Below, piece after piece: positions 12,141 through 25,192 of a DNA stretch of 64,000 nt (positions within the stretch are counted from its first letter, which is position 1; each line of letters opens with the position of its first letter). The notes under the pieces are model-generated. The model ran no database searches. It was given only the letters and a program-made list of their open reading frames with translations, and was not told where the DNA came from. The stretch comes from Podarcis cretensis. Its lineage: Eukaryota. The translations under genes and the position numbers were made by a program. The stretch is taken from the NCBI GenBank assembly GCA_951804945.1, contig OX638153.1, positions 46,066,001 through 46,130,000 of the forward strand, read 5' to 3'.

Positions 12141-15100
12141 TCATATTGTGTGGAAAGATATGAAGGAAGATTCTAACAGTTTGTGGGAACACATATACAA
12201 GCCTCCCCACAATTGGAAATCCTGCATTATCAAGCTTACTTGTGGGAGTCCTGAAAGTACGTTCACTCAAATGCACCCCTTCAGATCTTCCTAGTTGGGG
12301 GTGGAACAGGCAGTGATAGAGCCCCTGGGGATATTTGGGGTAGGGCTGGCTTTCATGACCCCTCACCCTCTGTTCACGGTGAGATACATTGACTTGTGGC
12401 CAATGCTGGTTTTACTCAGAGTAGGCCCATTGAAGTTTAGAGGCATGGCCTAGATGGGCTACCTTCCCTGGTCGATAAGCCCCATCTGCCAGTCACTTAC
12501 CTCTACAGCACATGCAGAAACCACCTTCTTGACCATTGGACCTACTATTGGTTTCGTCTGCTCAATCTGCCAGAGCATATCTTTGCATGCAGGGGAGGTC
12601 CTTAACTCAACGAGGGCTTGACACCCATCGGCTCTCCTCACCTGGTTTAGTCGTTCAGTCGAAGCAGTTCCTGGGTGTGGCCGCTGTTGCATGGTAACAG
12701 CTTCTAGGAGCCACAGGTGGGAGCCGAGTGCAGAGTAAGTGGAATGGGGCAGTGCTCTTGGGCCCATTAAATTATCACAAGCAGATGAAACTTAATTAAA
12801 AGCAAATAGTGCTTGTGGTTTGGCCAATAAGCAGTATATTCATAAAGCAACAGTGATATTTCATGTTCAGTGCTGTAAAGGACAATAGGATGATAATAAC
12901 CTGAATCTTTGTTTCTCAAAAATGACAAGTGGGTAACGGGTATTTTTTTCTCTCAGTTATTACTTATGCTGAATGTTGCAGAACATCTAGGCAGTCTGAT
13001 GGTGACTTACATCTTACTTGACACCTGGTTATCTGAAACTTCCTGTTAGATGTGGTAAAGAAACTATCCAACTATGAGATACGGGTGGAAATTGCCACTG
13101 TTAATTAAGTCAGTAGCTAAAATAATTAATGTGCTGTGTGAAATATGAAATAGATTATGAAAAAAATCCTTCTTCATCCATGCCTAAATATAAACTCCCA
13201 ACACTTACTTTTCCACAGAATAAAAATGTAATCAGGGACAAAACTGTTGATTGTATGAGGAGAGCTATTATCTGGGAAGACAAAATGACTGCACAACTAG
13301 AGTAGATATTGCTTATTCCGTATATTAAACAAGGATATTTTTTTTTCAGTGGCATGTGGAATAAAGATGTTGCAGACAAATGTCAGGGCTGTATTTTATA
13401 TATATATAAAACAGACAACAGTTACACTGGAGAAATATAACTTTAAACATTATTTTCTCAATAAACCTTGATGTATCGCTTCTTGGATTTCATCATGGCA
13501 ACCTCACTTTACTGCAAGGCTGGGGAATCTGCATCAGCTAAGAAAATGGGGCAGGGATGAGATCATGTGACGGGCTGGGCTTTTGGGGAGTGAGGTGCAA
13601 AGGAAGAAGAGAGGATTTTCAGCAAGGTGGTAAATGTTTTGGGTGAGGTGATAAGACAGGTTCTTTTGGGTGAGGTATCAAGGGAGGGAGGTTTGGTCAG
13701 GCATAAAGGGAGACAGGTAGCCAAGGAAGGGGTTGGTGGGTAGATGGGGTTGGCAAGTGAACAGGGGCAGCAGCCTCTAGTGTGATAATAATATGTGCCC
13801 ATGCACAGTCTCTCCTTTTCAGATGTGGGTGAAGCTGGTAGGCAAAGTTGGAGGTGTGGCCAGAAGGTGCAGTCTTCCTTCCCCTCCATGCTCACTGTGC
13901 GCAGTGAAGCAACGTGCAAGGCTAATGTACTCTGCTAGTAATTCGCAGATAACTCTCCATTCAAAGAGGGGAAACAGAAGATGTTGCGGATATTAGCGAC
14001 TTGGCAAAAGCAAGGCTCTTCCCTCACCTCTGCCATCATTGGGAGGTGAAAAGTATGGCTTCAACAGCAGCGTTGCTATCTGATTTGTGGACTATTGTTC
14101 ATTGAGAAACACAGCAGATAATCAGAAATAAGTGCTAAGAGGTTATAACCAAAACACCCTGGAATGACCTGTTTGCATAGCTGTCTCTAAATCATGATTA
14201 CTGAAAATAAACTCAAACGCAACTAATCAATACAGCATTGTGAAATGATTGCCATTGGTAAATAACAGCCCTTTGTATATTGTTTGGGATACTTCATGGA
14301 AAGTAATTCATACATGAAATTAATAATGATGACAACAGCAGCAACAGCAACAGGAAATGTGTGGTGTAACTGTTAGCAAATCTCAAGTACAGCATCTGCT
14401 TCTTCATATTTAATGTTGTATTCAGAAGTACACTTTCAGCCTGAAGAAATGTAGTCTTTATTATTGATGATACCTGAAAAGTTCATTGAAAATACAGTGG
14501 TGCCCTATGCTATGTTCTAGATGAAGTCTAACATGAAATATTTTAAATCTGGGCTGTAAATTTGATCAGCTCCCTTGAAAGCCATTCCTTTACAGAGAAG
14601 CTGGGGTATGTTGTGCTGGGGTGCTTAAGCAGAGCAGTGAAGAAAAAACCCTCAGAGATGTGCACCTGTGTCAGGAATAAACCATCTTCAGTGGAATGTT
14701 ATAGAATTGCCCCATTAAGGAACTTTATTTATTCATTAATTTCTACCCCATTTTCTACAAATCTACCCAAACCAGAATGCAATCTAAACAACACTAATAT
14801 ATTAATATACAAGAACAGTACAAATCAAACTAGAAATATATATAGCGGGAGGAGACTCTTTCACACTTTCCTTTTGCCTATGCTTTGTAGGTACAGGTCA
14901 GCTCTGTGTCTGAGCCCCCCCCCCCTTTTGGCCACACCACCTTCCCCCAAGAAAACCCACTCTTTAACACTGAATCGGAACAAACAGCAATTCAAGTTTT
15001 ATGTGGTTTGCCGTTTACTCCAATTCTGTGATAGCGGGTTTTCATAGGAAAAGCACCCAAAAAAGGTGATGGGCTCAGATACAGAGCTTTAAAGTGCTGA

Positions 15101-16260
15101 CCTGTGCCTAGAATATTAAGTATAATTGTTTAATTGACACTGAAATGGAGAATGGCTAAACGCGTATTGCTAACATGGGGGTTTTTCCATGGCAGCATAC
15201 TAAAGGGTTCTGAGCTTTAATTGGTTGATAATGAACTGTAAATGTTATCTGCTCTAAAACTGAATGTTTACCTTTGAACATGTGATGTGGGTATTTGGTT
15301 GCAAATCTCCATTTCGAAAGGGAGCTGTCTTTACACTGTGAGAGTAAGAATATGTAAAAGACCCTGTCCAGAGAGTGAATACAGCTCCAGGCAAAATGGA
15401 GGCTGTAAAGAGAGACAGACCTTTGCTTCTAGGTCTGTTCAAAATTATATTTTATTTCTTATAAGATGCTGAGCTTGTGCTGGACATACACAATATATTG
15501 CATGGAATTATTTGGATGTATCTTTGATGTTTTTGTTCTGTTTTGAAGGAAGTTCTGCAAGTAAAGTTTTGAATAACAATCTATGGGTCTGAACAATGCT
15601 TTATTCCAGAAGGAGTCAGCTTTTATGCCTCCAGTTGCTTTAAGCTGCAATATAGAAACATGAAACAAAAGAAAGTTTGGATAAGCCCAGAGAGAGGCAT
15701 TAAAACTAGTGCCAAACTATTTTAACCACGAGAGAAATCTCCAACGCCAAATACCTATGGCAATAAAAAGTTTCAAAACCTGACCAAAAGCAGGGAATTC
15801 CTTAACTGCAGCACTGGAAATCAGAAGGTCCCACTCCTTGAATCTGCTAATTCTGGGGAGGTGGGAGGAGAATCTCTGGCCTGCCCACTGAATGTGGCTT
15901 CCATAGAGCTCTCTCTGCCCCTCTTTGGACACTGCCCAGACCACTGCCATTTCCTACACTCTCTTGCAAGGTTTTTGCCTGACTGCAGCAGAGGCTTTAT
16001 ATAGATATAGCATCTACCTAGCTAGCTATATGGGAAACTGTTCAGATGATACAGTTCTCCTCTTGCAGGATGAATTGGCAAAGTCCAGGTACACAATTTA
16101 CCCAATTATCCACTGTCTGCGTAGTTCAGGTTCAGACGTTTATCCTCTGCTGAATAGGACTGGAAGCAAGAGCAGGTTTGTAGCCTATTAAATAATAGAG
16201 AAGACAGAGCAAAGGGAATTTACTGGATTTTTTTAAAAAAATCCTCTGTCACAGTGCTTC

Positions 16261-16361
16261 TTGTTGTTGTTGTTTAGTCATTTAGTCGTGTCCAACTCTT
16301 CATGACCCCATGGAGCAGAGCATGCCAGGAACTCTTGTCTTCCACTGCCTCCCGCAGTTTG
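16261..16361 (-). mobile_element. BovB (RTE) LINE 3' end, heavily 5'-truncated
   Basis: Minus strand ccatggggtcatgaagagttggacacgactaaatgactaaa(caa)n is the BovB terminus; flanked by gcttctt direct repeats. Confidence 0.85.
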
Positions 16362-18439
16362 CGGGAGCGCTTCTTACAAACCTGCAAAAATGTTTGTGGA
16401 GTCAGAGCAGACTCCTCCCCTCCATTCACTACCCTAACTTCTACAACGATGCCAGTGCAATGATCTTGTGTATGTAATCATTTCCACCTCTTAGTGCCCT
16501 TTAGAAAGCCTTTGTTGCCCTGTAGAACCATGGCTTGTGGGGATTTTTTTGTTTTTTTAAAAAATCTCATAATTTCCTTTTCTATTGTCTACATTTGTCC
16601 ATGTTGTATTTTCTTTTAGATGTCGACACCATCTGCTGCTCTGTTTCACTTTGCCTGCCTTTAGAGAGATGCAATTACCATACTCCCACTCATTTCCCCC
16701 CCTTGTTCCTTTTCACTGCATGCTTAATTCTTGCGAAAGTTGATGTCTCCAGCTTGCTTAAAACCTGCAATTATTAGAAGACACCAAATGAGATCAGCAG
16801 TGATATTCCATGCTGGGCAGAGAAGAGGCTCCCCCCCCCCGCCCTTTCCCCCCTTTTTTTCTTTAATGGAATAAACAAAGGCAAATGATAGCTAAAGTAC
16901 TGAAAGCAAATCTCCACATCACACAACTGGAAGGAAAGGTCAATCTTCTAAAAATGAACATGCAATCAATTATTATGCAGTCTACTCCTTCCAAGGGGTT
17001 TAAACAGGCTATTTTTATTTGTCGCTTTCAAACTTTAATTGTTAAAGATCCTGTGTCGATTTTCAAGTGGTGATTACAGGTGATTTCAGTGTTGGTTTTC
17101 TGCTTCCCTGCCCTACATTCAAAGCAAGCTCACACCACACGATGAGGTGCAGAATGCTGTCGTGTTTTATCACTAGCTTCTAATTGAAACATACAGCTCT
17201 ATTTTTAGAAGGTCACAAGCAAGGGGGTGGCTTTCTGCAGATTGTGCAGTGCAATCCAGTGACTTTTCTGCTTTCTGTAATATGGTATTGTAGGATGACC
17301 TGGAAATCTGAAAAGTGCATTTATTTCTGGGAACCCCTTTGGAATATATTTCTAAAACTGCCTTTGCCAATTAGGACCACTTGCACCACACCATATAATG
17401 TCAAGAGTTTGGCAGTTTTTGACACCAGCATAAAGCAACAGGCAGTCTTTATATATGTAAGTTACGAAAAGCTTCAATTGTGAATTTTTGTCTATTACGC
17501 AGCTGCTCAGGACACAGATTTTCAGTCCATTGAAAAAGCAAAAGTTGGGGCCATGACAAACGTTTAAGCATCCAATATCTGTGGCATGAAAGATGGGTTT
17601 GAAGGAACTGAAATGTGCATTCCAGACTCCCTTCTCTTTATTTTGATTGCCATTGTTTATGAAGCTCTCCATCTCTCTTGGTGGCAATTTTGGTGCTGCA
17701 TTTTGGCAGGGATGATTCTTCTGTATAAGCCTTCATGGATGAACATTACAACCCCCTTTGCTCTTTCACAAGAGGCCTACATTGGCATTGGGGCACACCG
17801 TCAACTTTATAAGCTGCCTCTACCCTATGCCTGGCCTCTTCTTTTGCACTTTCATGACAAATTATAGTGTCAGAGCCATGCACAATAGTCAAACAGGAAA
17901 CTCACAGCATACTTCCTACCTGGATGCAGTGGGGTGATGACAGGTTGCAGCTGCACAGTTGGAGTGAGTGCTGGATTGGTGCCAAGAGTGTACCTGTGCT
18001 GCCCCAACCTTACCACTGCCTAGTCTTGGCCCATCCAGGCGAGCAACAGTGACACCTCTGCTGGAATGGAGACTCCACCTCACCACACACACCACTACAG
18101 GGGATGATATCACTATCATCAAAAAGCCAATCAGATATGGGTATATGACAAAAACACAAAGTCAGTTCAAAGTGGGAGCAAGGCTTCCAGCTCTCATTCT
18201 GAACTGGCTTTGTGGTAACACTATATTACCAGTCATTTTTGGCTACATTATATCACAAAGCCAGTTCAGAAATAGAAGGTGTTGTTCTTCTCACTCTCAG
18301 AAGCTATTTGAAGGGAACCATGTTACGAAGACTTTTACCCTTCCTTTTAACGTGCCTACATAATTTTATCTGTACACTGCCTTTCCATCATTATACAGCC
18401 TTGCTCAAGGCAGCTTACCATATGACAAAATACATATTT

Positions 18440-18657
18440 AAAGGTAAAGGTAAAGGGACCAGTTGTGACCGACTCTGGGGTTGCGGCGCTCATTTCGCTT
18501 TACTGGCCGAGGGAGCCGGCATACAGCTTCCGAGTCATGTGGCCAGCATGACTAAGCCGCTTCTGGAGAACCAGAGCAGTGCACGGAAATGCCGTTTACC
18601 TTCCTGCCGGAGTGGTACCTATTTATCTACTTGCACTTTGACGTGCTTTCGAACTGC
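18440..18657 (-). mobile_element. Sauria SINE, 5'-truncated, second subfamily
   Basis: (aaaggt)n tail; catgtggccagcatgactaagccgcttct...cctatttatctacttgcac...tttcgaactgc. Confidence 0.88.
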
Positions 18658-21600
18658 ATAACCAATAGTAATAAACAATAAAACATCAAAAAATACACAA
18701 CCAAATCAAACAATTTCCACATATTTCATTATAAAATCTAAAATATATTAAAAATTATAACAACAGTCCACCCCCCCCCCCCCCCCGCATACAAAACCCT
18801 CTAAACAAAACCCTAGTCCCAAAGCCTCAGTTTTTGCAGCTGGAGTCAGTCAGAGCTCTGCTTTCCCAACCCTAGTGGAAAAAGGCCTCCCAAATGAATT
18901 GTAGAAAGGGGTGGCTTTCAAAGGTGGTGTAAATGTTTCAGAAAGCATCCTGTCTTCAGTCTGCTCAGCCCTAATGGAAGCCTTATCTCTAAAGAGTATA
19001 TGCCTATGTAGATGGATATTTAGATTGTGACCTTGCCTGGGATTTTTTATTTTTTTAAAGAAACATTGCATGCTGAGCCATGTTGACAGCAAACCCCGTC
19101 CCCCCCTAATTGGGAAACTTTTTAAAACACTTGGGATGCTGAGGGCTACACTTTCAATTACCCTCTGATTTGTTTAAACTTTCAAGAGGTGAATCAGAGG
19201 TTGAAATTAAATATGTTGAAAGACCATCAACAACCGCTGGCAGATCAAGGGCTCTTGACTTAGCTTTACTGAAGTAAGTAATCATGTAGATGTGAACAGG
19301 GCTTTTATCTGTGGTGGGTGGAATTCACTGCTTTACAAAGATGTGAAAACTGCAGAATAAAAAAAAACTCGAGGTTCTTGCTAGTGTATTCTATCCAAAA
19401 CAGTGTGCAGTTCAAAATTTAGGGTACAACGAAACAGAAAAATGACTTACCAGAGGTTGTCTTACCCAAATCGGTGTTATTTTGGACTGTGTGCTGCATT
19501 TTCAGCAGTATTCTGTTACTGGTACCAACTCATTCCTGTGATACCTTTATTATCCTGATACGTAAACCCCTACATATCCCAAAGAGACCACTTCCTATAA
19601 GGATACATTGATGAGAAATATTAACAGCTTGTGATTTTTGTAGCCCCAACATTACAAAACCAACAACGCATTGCAACTGTGTAACATTACCATCACCTGA
19701 AAGAAAGCCAGGTCTTATCACGGACCACTGATGAGATCAGAAATGTACCAGGATGATTTGAAGTACCCATGTGCAGATGCTGAGTTAGGAAGAAAAAGAA
19801 ACAAGGCTCTATTGAGTCTTAGAGGATATTTCCATGCACAACGTGCCTGCCTCAGTAAGGTGCCCCCCCCCTTATTTTTGAAAGGAACAGTAAAAACAAG
19901 AAGGCAAAGATTGTGTTTGTCTGGAAAGTCCAGGTTGTGATTGGTGTTAACATTTTCAGTGGCAGAAAATGGTTATGCAAAAGCTATCTGACACAAAAGC
20001 AAGACTGTGATTTTGACTGAATAAAACCTAACAAAGTGATTATGCTCAACAAGTTTTCGAGCTTCAGATTATTATAATCACACACCTAGGAGGCAGGTGT
20101 CTAAAGAGAAAGTGACTCACCAGTAGCCATAGCAAAATGACAAATGATGCCCTAAAGAGCATAATTGCACCTTTTAAAAATAAAACAAAGCAATATAATG
20201 TCCCAGAAATACACACAAGGACTGTTCAGAGTGCCTGCTGAATGCATGTGCAGCATGTGGTGTAATTTCCAGGTTAACCACAGAAATACTTTAATTAACA
20301 TTCACAACATTTCAGAATGAAATGGGAAACCAAAGAGCTTCAATAAATGTATTTTTCCTTCCATAGATCTCAGGTTATCATAATTCTCGCAGTTTATCAA
20401 TCACATTTGGATGCTGCTCTTTTAATGGAAGTCCAGGACAACCTACAAATGTTATTAATGAATATTGAAAATTAAGATAGGGTGAAAGCCTTCTCCCTCC
20501 AACTGCCTATGTGAGAGAAGGGTGGTACCTAGAGACAGGGCTTGCTCTGCCATGATGCTTCAGATATTATTGTCCTCACACCATCTTTCTTATCTTTTTG
20601 ATGCCAAAGATGTCATTTTTGTTGTTGTTCAAGTTATGATGCTGTTCACTTCCTCTGCCATGCTCACATAAGCCCTTGCTCAGCACAGTCATATGCCTAG
20701 CAGAGCTTCAGGAGTGCATGCACTGTCCTTACATGTGCACAGTATTCCAAGCATCCTGATGACTGCACAAAGAGGATGGAGGTGGATAAGATCTTGTGCC
20801 CCACCATACTAGGGTTCAACATAATATTTAAATAAAAGGCCTGCAGTTTTGAGAGTACATTCTTTAGGTCCCTTGAAAGTCGCACCATCTGAAATTTCAA
20901 GGCTTTGCTGTTTGATCATGATCATGGCCATACATGAAGTGGCTTGCTTCCATTCAAAGTTGGTTTTATTCAAAGCCATGGATGTGGTTAATACACATCC
21001 CCATGTTCGCACTGTTAATGATTGCAGATGTTCATGGCTGTGAGCCTGTTTACCTAACTTGATTGGCTACATCTCCTTTCCTTTCCAGTCTGGGAAAAGT
21101 GAAAAGTTTAAAAGATCTAGCTCTCACTGGCAAAGAGAAAAATTTAAAGAGCCTTATTAAACATGGCTCTCTGTAGAGTAAAATCAAAGCTTAGCTAAAG
21201 TCCCTGCAGATTTGCCATTGCTTTCATTAGAGATTGGATTACAGCCAGATGATAGTGTGATCTGCTATGAAAGCCAGAAGATGTAATCTTTAGCACTGAA
21301 TAGAAATTAGATATAATACAGAAAAGAAAAATATCACCCCAAGGCAGAAACTGAAGAATACTTTGGAATAGCAGCTTTAATTAGGAAGGAATGGGATCCA
21401 TCATAACTAAATGCATTACATGCAAATGCAAATGGGGGAAAAACCAAAACCCTCTGCAGAATTAACTTGCAAAAGCTTAAGTACGCTTTAATGATGGCAT
21501 CTATATGAATATTCACCAGGAAATCCTTTGTCAGTATTGAAATTTACATAAGCGATGGCAGGTTCAGTGACAGTAATGTTTTACCAGGAAGATACAAAAG

Positions 21601-21858
21601 GCAAAATGAAATGAAAAGGGGAGATGTTATCTCTATCAAGTGACAGACTGAGAATTAAAGAAGATTCAATTAGGTAAAATATATTGAAAATGAACAGCTT
21701 GGAAGTCTTCCAATTAAATTGTTCAAGATTGGTCAAATCGGATGTCAGACTTCATAACAAAGCTGGAATTTGGACCTTTCCTCCCCACATCCAGAACCAG
21801 CACTCCAGTAACAGCCACTCTAGAGCACAGTTTTTCAAAGCTGGGTCCCCAGATGTTG

Positions 21859-22190
21859 TGGTTCGAGGACCCGATCCCCGCTTTGTGCGATGAAGACACA
21901 CAGACACAGAGTATAAGGTTAATGGGCAAGAAAAGGCCACAACTTTATTGATTACAGCAAGTGAGAAGGTATTGACTCGCGACGAGAAGGCGGAAAATGA
22001 GGCGGAATGGCTGGCGCAGCAGTAAGTTAAACTGCAAACCACGCCCCCTCCAAGCCGCCCGGTTGGGCGCTTACCTGTGGGCGTGGTGCGCCAGCCAGGT
22101 GAGTGGGGCAGGGGGCGTAACGCCCCCTGTGCGACGCAGAAATCGTGTCCCGCCCACAACGCCTCCCCTCTTGTAGGAGGAGAGGCTTTG
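21859..22190 (-). mobile_element. CpG-rich LTR-like insertion interrupting a hairpin MITE
   Basis: Abrupt GC/CpG-rich segment with minus-strand AATAAA (21949-21944) about 90 nt from its end; MITE halves on either side (cagatgttg | ctggaccacatctcccatca). Confidence 0.5.
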
Positions 22191-22311
22191 CTGGACCACA
22201 TCTCCCATCAGGGATGATGAGAGTGGTAGTTCAAGAACAGAAACAATGGAAATACTTGCCCATTGATATTGGGCTGGCACATTTGCTGTACTCTTTTGGG
22301 CACCTGCTAGA

Positions 22312-22312
<1 letters not shown>

Positions 22313-22356
<44 letters not shown>

Positions 22357-22475
22357 TTATTATTTGTACCCCGCCCATCTGGCTGGGTTTCCCCAGCCAC
22401 TCTGGGCGGCTTCCACAAAGACCAAAAATACACTAATATGTCATACATTAAAAACTTCCCTGAACTTCCCTGCCT
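22313..22475 (-). mobile_element. L2 3' terminus with (AAT)n microsatellite
   Basis: accccgcccatctggctgggtttccccagccactctgggcggcttcc, shared with ~625-670 and ~38000-38050. Confidence 0.8.
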
Positions 22476-23295
22476 TTGTTCAGACAAGCCTATCCAGATA
22501 TTTAGAAAGTTTAGGAAAGTTTCAATCTATATTGAATTTATCATTATTTTAACTTTTTGAAGTCTTATTGGTGTTAATTCTTCTTATTGAAATTTTTATT
22601 GTTTTACCTTTTATAAACTGCTTTGAGGTTTTCTCACAATCAAGGGGTATATAATTTTTTTATGAAATAAACAAAAAATGTATATTTTGGCAACCACCCT
22701 TCCAAGGAGCATAGGATAGCTCCCTTCACCTATTAACACTGAATCAGCATGGTTGTGGGCCATGTGAGGATTTATTTGCCTCTTCAAAGGCCTCCTCTGT
22801 CTTCCAGTGCGGCCATTCTTTTATCATATTTCGTTAGGAAACACCTCCTGAATGTCTCTCGCTTGTCAAAGGCACTTATATTTTGTGACAAGCAGAATGG
22901 TTAATATATTTTAATCCCGTTTTCCTCTCAAGCATCATTTCTGTCTGCTGACAAAGTGCTAAACATGAATAAGCTTTTGTTTACTGCCACATAATTAATT
23001 TTGATTTCCATCCTCTAATGTTCTCTATCGTTACAGCTTGGCTGCCAAGAAAATATGAATAAATGAAAAGAAATACAAATGGTTTTGAACTGGGGTGGGG
23101 GGATGCAGAACTGTGTGAGAGAGTGTGTGTTTGGGGTGGTGGTTAATCTCTCCTTCCCTTCAGACTGATTTCCACTCAAGTTGCGCATAAATCTGATTGT
23201 CGTGCCTGAGTTTCTTTCTTAACTTATTGCACTATTCTTGACATTGCGAGCTTTGGATTTTTAAAGACTCTGGAATATTCATTGGACAGCTATAT

Positions 23296-23432
23296 CAGTG
23301 TTTTTCAACCTTGCTTGCTCAAGATGTTGTTGGACTATAACTCCCATCACCCCCAAGCATTGGCTAAAATGGCTAGAGTTTATGAGATTTATAGTCCAAT
23401 AACATCTGGAGACCCAGGTTTGGAGAACAGTG
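23296..23432. mobile_element. hAT-type hairpin MITE, degenerate
   Basis: gatgttgttggactataactcccat...atttatagtccaataacatct inverted arms; same family as 26255-26390. Confidence 0.7.
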
Positions 23433-25186
23433 GTTTAGATGCTGCTAAGCAAAATTTGGGGGAAAGTTGGCTGCTTTCAAGAATGAGCAGCTGCCTGGGC
23501 TACCTAGATAGGGATGGAAGAAACATCATGATGAATGGATTCCTTGATAGACATACTGGATGCATAAATTGAAAGCTTTGGCAAGAGATGTAGACATATA
23601 AACAGGTAGCAATAACAAACAGGAGGAGCATTAGGGGCCTAGGTGTGTGTGTGTGTGTGGGGGTGATCTGTTGTGGGCCCCATGCAGAGAGGTGGAACTT
23701 AAGAGGTGCCCAGTGATGCCAAGCTCTGACACCATCCCTTATCTAAATGACATTGCAAGCAGAAGCAGGAGAAGGAGACACTGGTCCCCATGGTGAGCAA
23801 TCTGATGTGAATGCAACCACTCTCTCTCTCCCAGCTGCTGGTAGTGAACTCTGGTGGGGAAAAAACCTTCTTCAGTTTACACAGTATCAGAGAGCTTCAT
23901 ATGCCAGCCACTTTCCTTTTAGAGTTGTGACATTTGGGAGATATTTGGTGAAAGCCAGCTGTTTAGTGTTCTGCCCACAGTAATTGGAAGCTGTTTTGTT
24001 TGCTTACTACAGTGAAATGAGAAAATAAACAAAGTGTGGAAAGATGCTTGTTAACGATCTTCTCCCATAGATGCTGATGGTTCCCAAGGTGCCAGCTACC
24101 AATTAGTCATTTTGCAATTAGTCATTTCATCTACCTCAAATAGTAGCTGGAGAGGAAAATATTAACCATGCCCTCCCTTCTGCTGTCATCCCAATTTGAA
24201 TTAGGTTCCCCCAGTTTAGTATTGCATTTTTTATACCAAAGGGGGAGTAAAAAAAAAAAAAATAGTTCCACTTCCTGTGCCAGATCTCACACAGCAAGAG
24301 ATACTCAGGAAGATGTGGTTCTCTATAGGGTGGAGAAATAAATCATAGTTCACAGTTTCAACACAAGTGGTGTTAGTAGAACCTGAGATAAGAGCTAAAA
24401 TGAACAGGCACTATCCCTCTCGTTTTGAGTGAGAAATTAACTTTCCCCCTTTTTCAGTATTTTACTCCATCCACCCCCAGAAAAATTCACCCATGAAAAA
24501 TGATTATAAATGTATTCTTCCACCACTTTGAAAACCACTGAAGGCACCTTAGATAGTGGGATTACAGGAGAGCAAATGATCACATGAAAATGAAGGTGGG
24601 ATTTTGGTCTACCACTAGTTTCCAGCCCAGAATCAACCCCCCCTCCCGCTGAGCTGTTCTTTGCTCATGAAGGTTTTGTCTGTAGTAAACAGTGCCACAT
24701 CGCCCCCCCCCCCGAGTCTGTATTTATTTATTCAAAACAAAAGAGGCCAGTTTTAAGCATAGTGGCTGCTTAAAAAACAAATGCCAAGGGGTAATTATGT
24801 GCTTGATCTCACATTGAGTCTGGCCCTTAATATGACATCAGTGATGACTGTCAGTCATCAGACAGGTCTGATCTATCAATCATTTCATATTTGCAATTGT
24901 GTTCTAATGGTTAATTAATAATGATATAAACTGAGCCAGCATGGTTGTTGATTTCTAATGTAAACTTTTATGATAAAAATTTATCACAGAAGTTCATGTA
25001 GTTAGAACCACATTTTTATACCAGTAGAGTTTAACAAAATCCCAATACACACACATACACATACATACATTTATATGGTCTTTTCAGCATGAATTTTACA
25101 TAAGAAAAATATCATACAACAGTTGATATGCCTTCACACAACACAAGCCATTGTAAACAAAACAGGCAACACAGGCCCCTTATTGA

Positions 25187-25192
25187 TTTATT
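25187..25192 (-). terminator. Candidate distal GPR26 polyadenylation signal
   Basis: Minus strand: TTTTGTACATTT...TATGTATTTTTT upstream, AATAAA, then a GU/U-rich tract (CTGTGTTGCCTGTTTTGTTT...TTGTGTTGTGTG) downstream. Confidence 0.45.

Noticed and set aside
10080-12770. Possible old RTE-like LINE remnants (~10100-10900, ~12520-12760)
   Set aside because: Too degenerate to assign without a repeat library.
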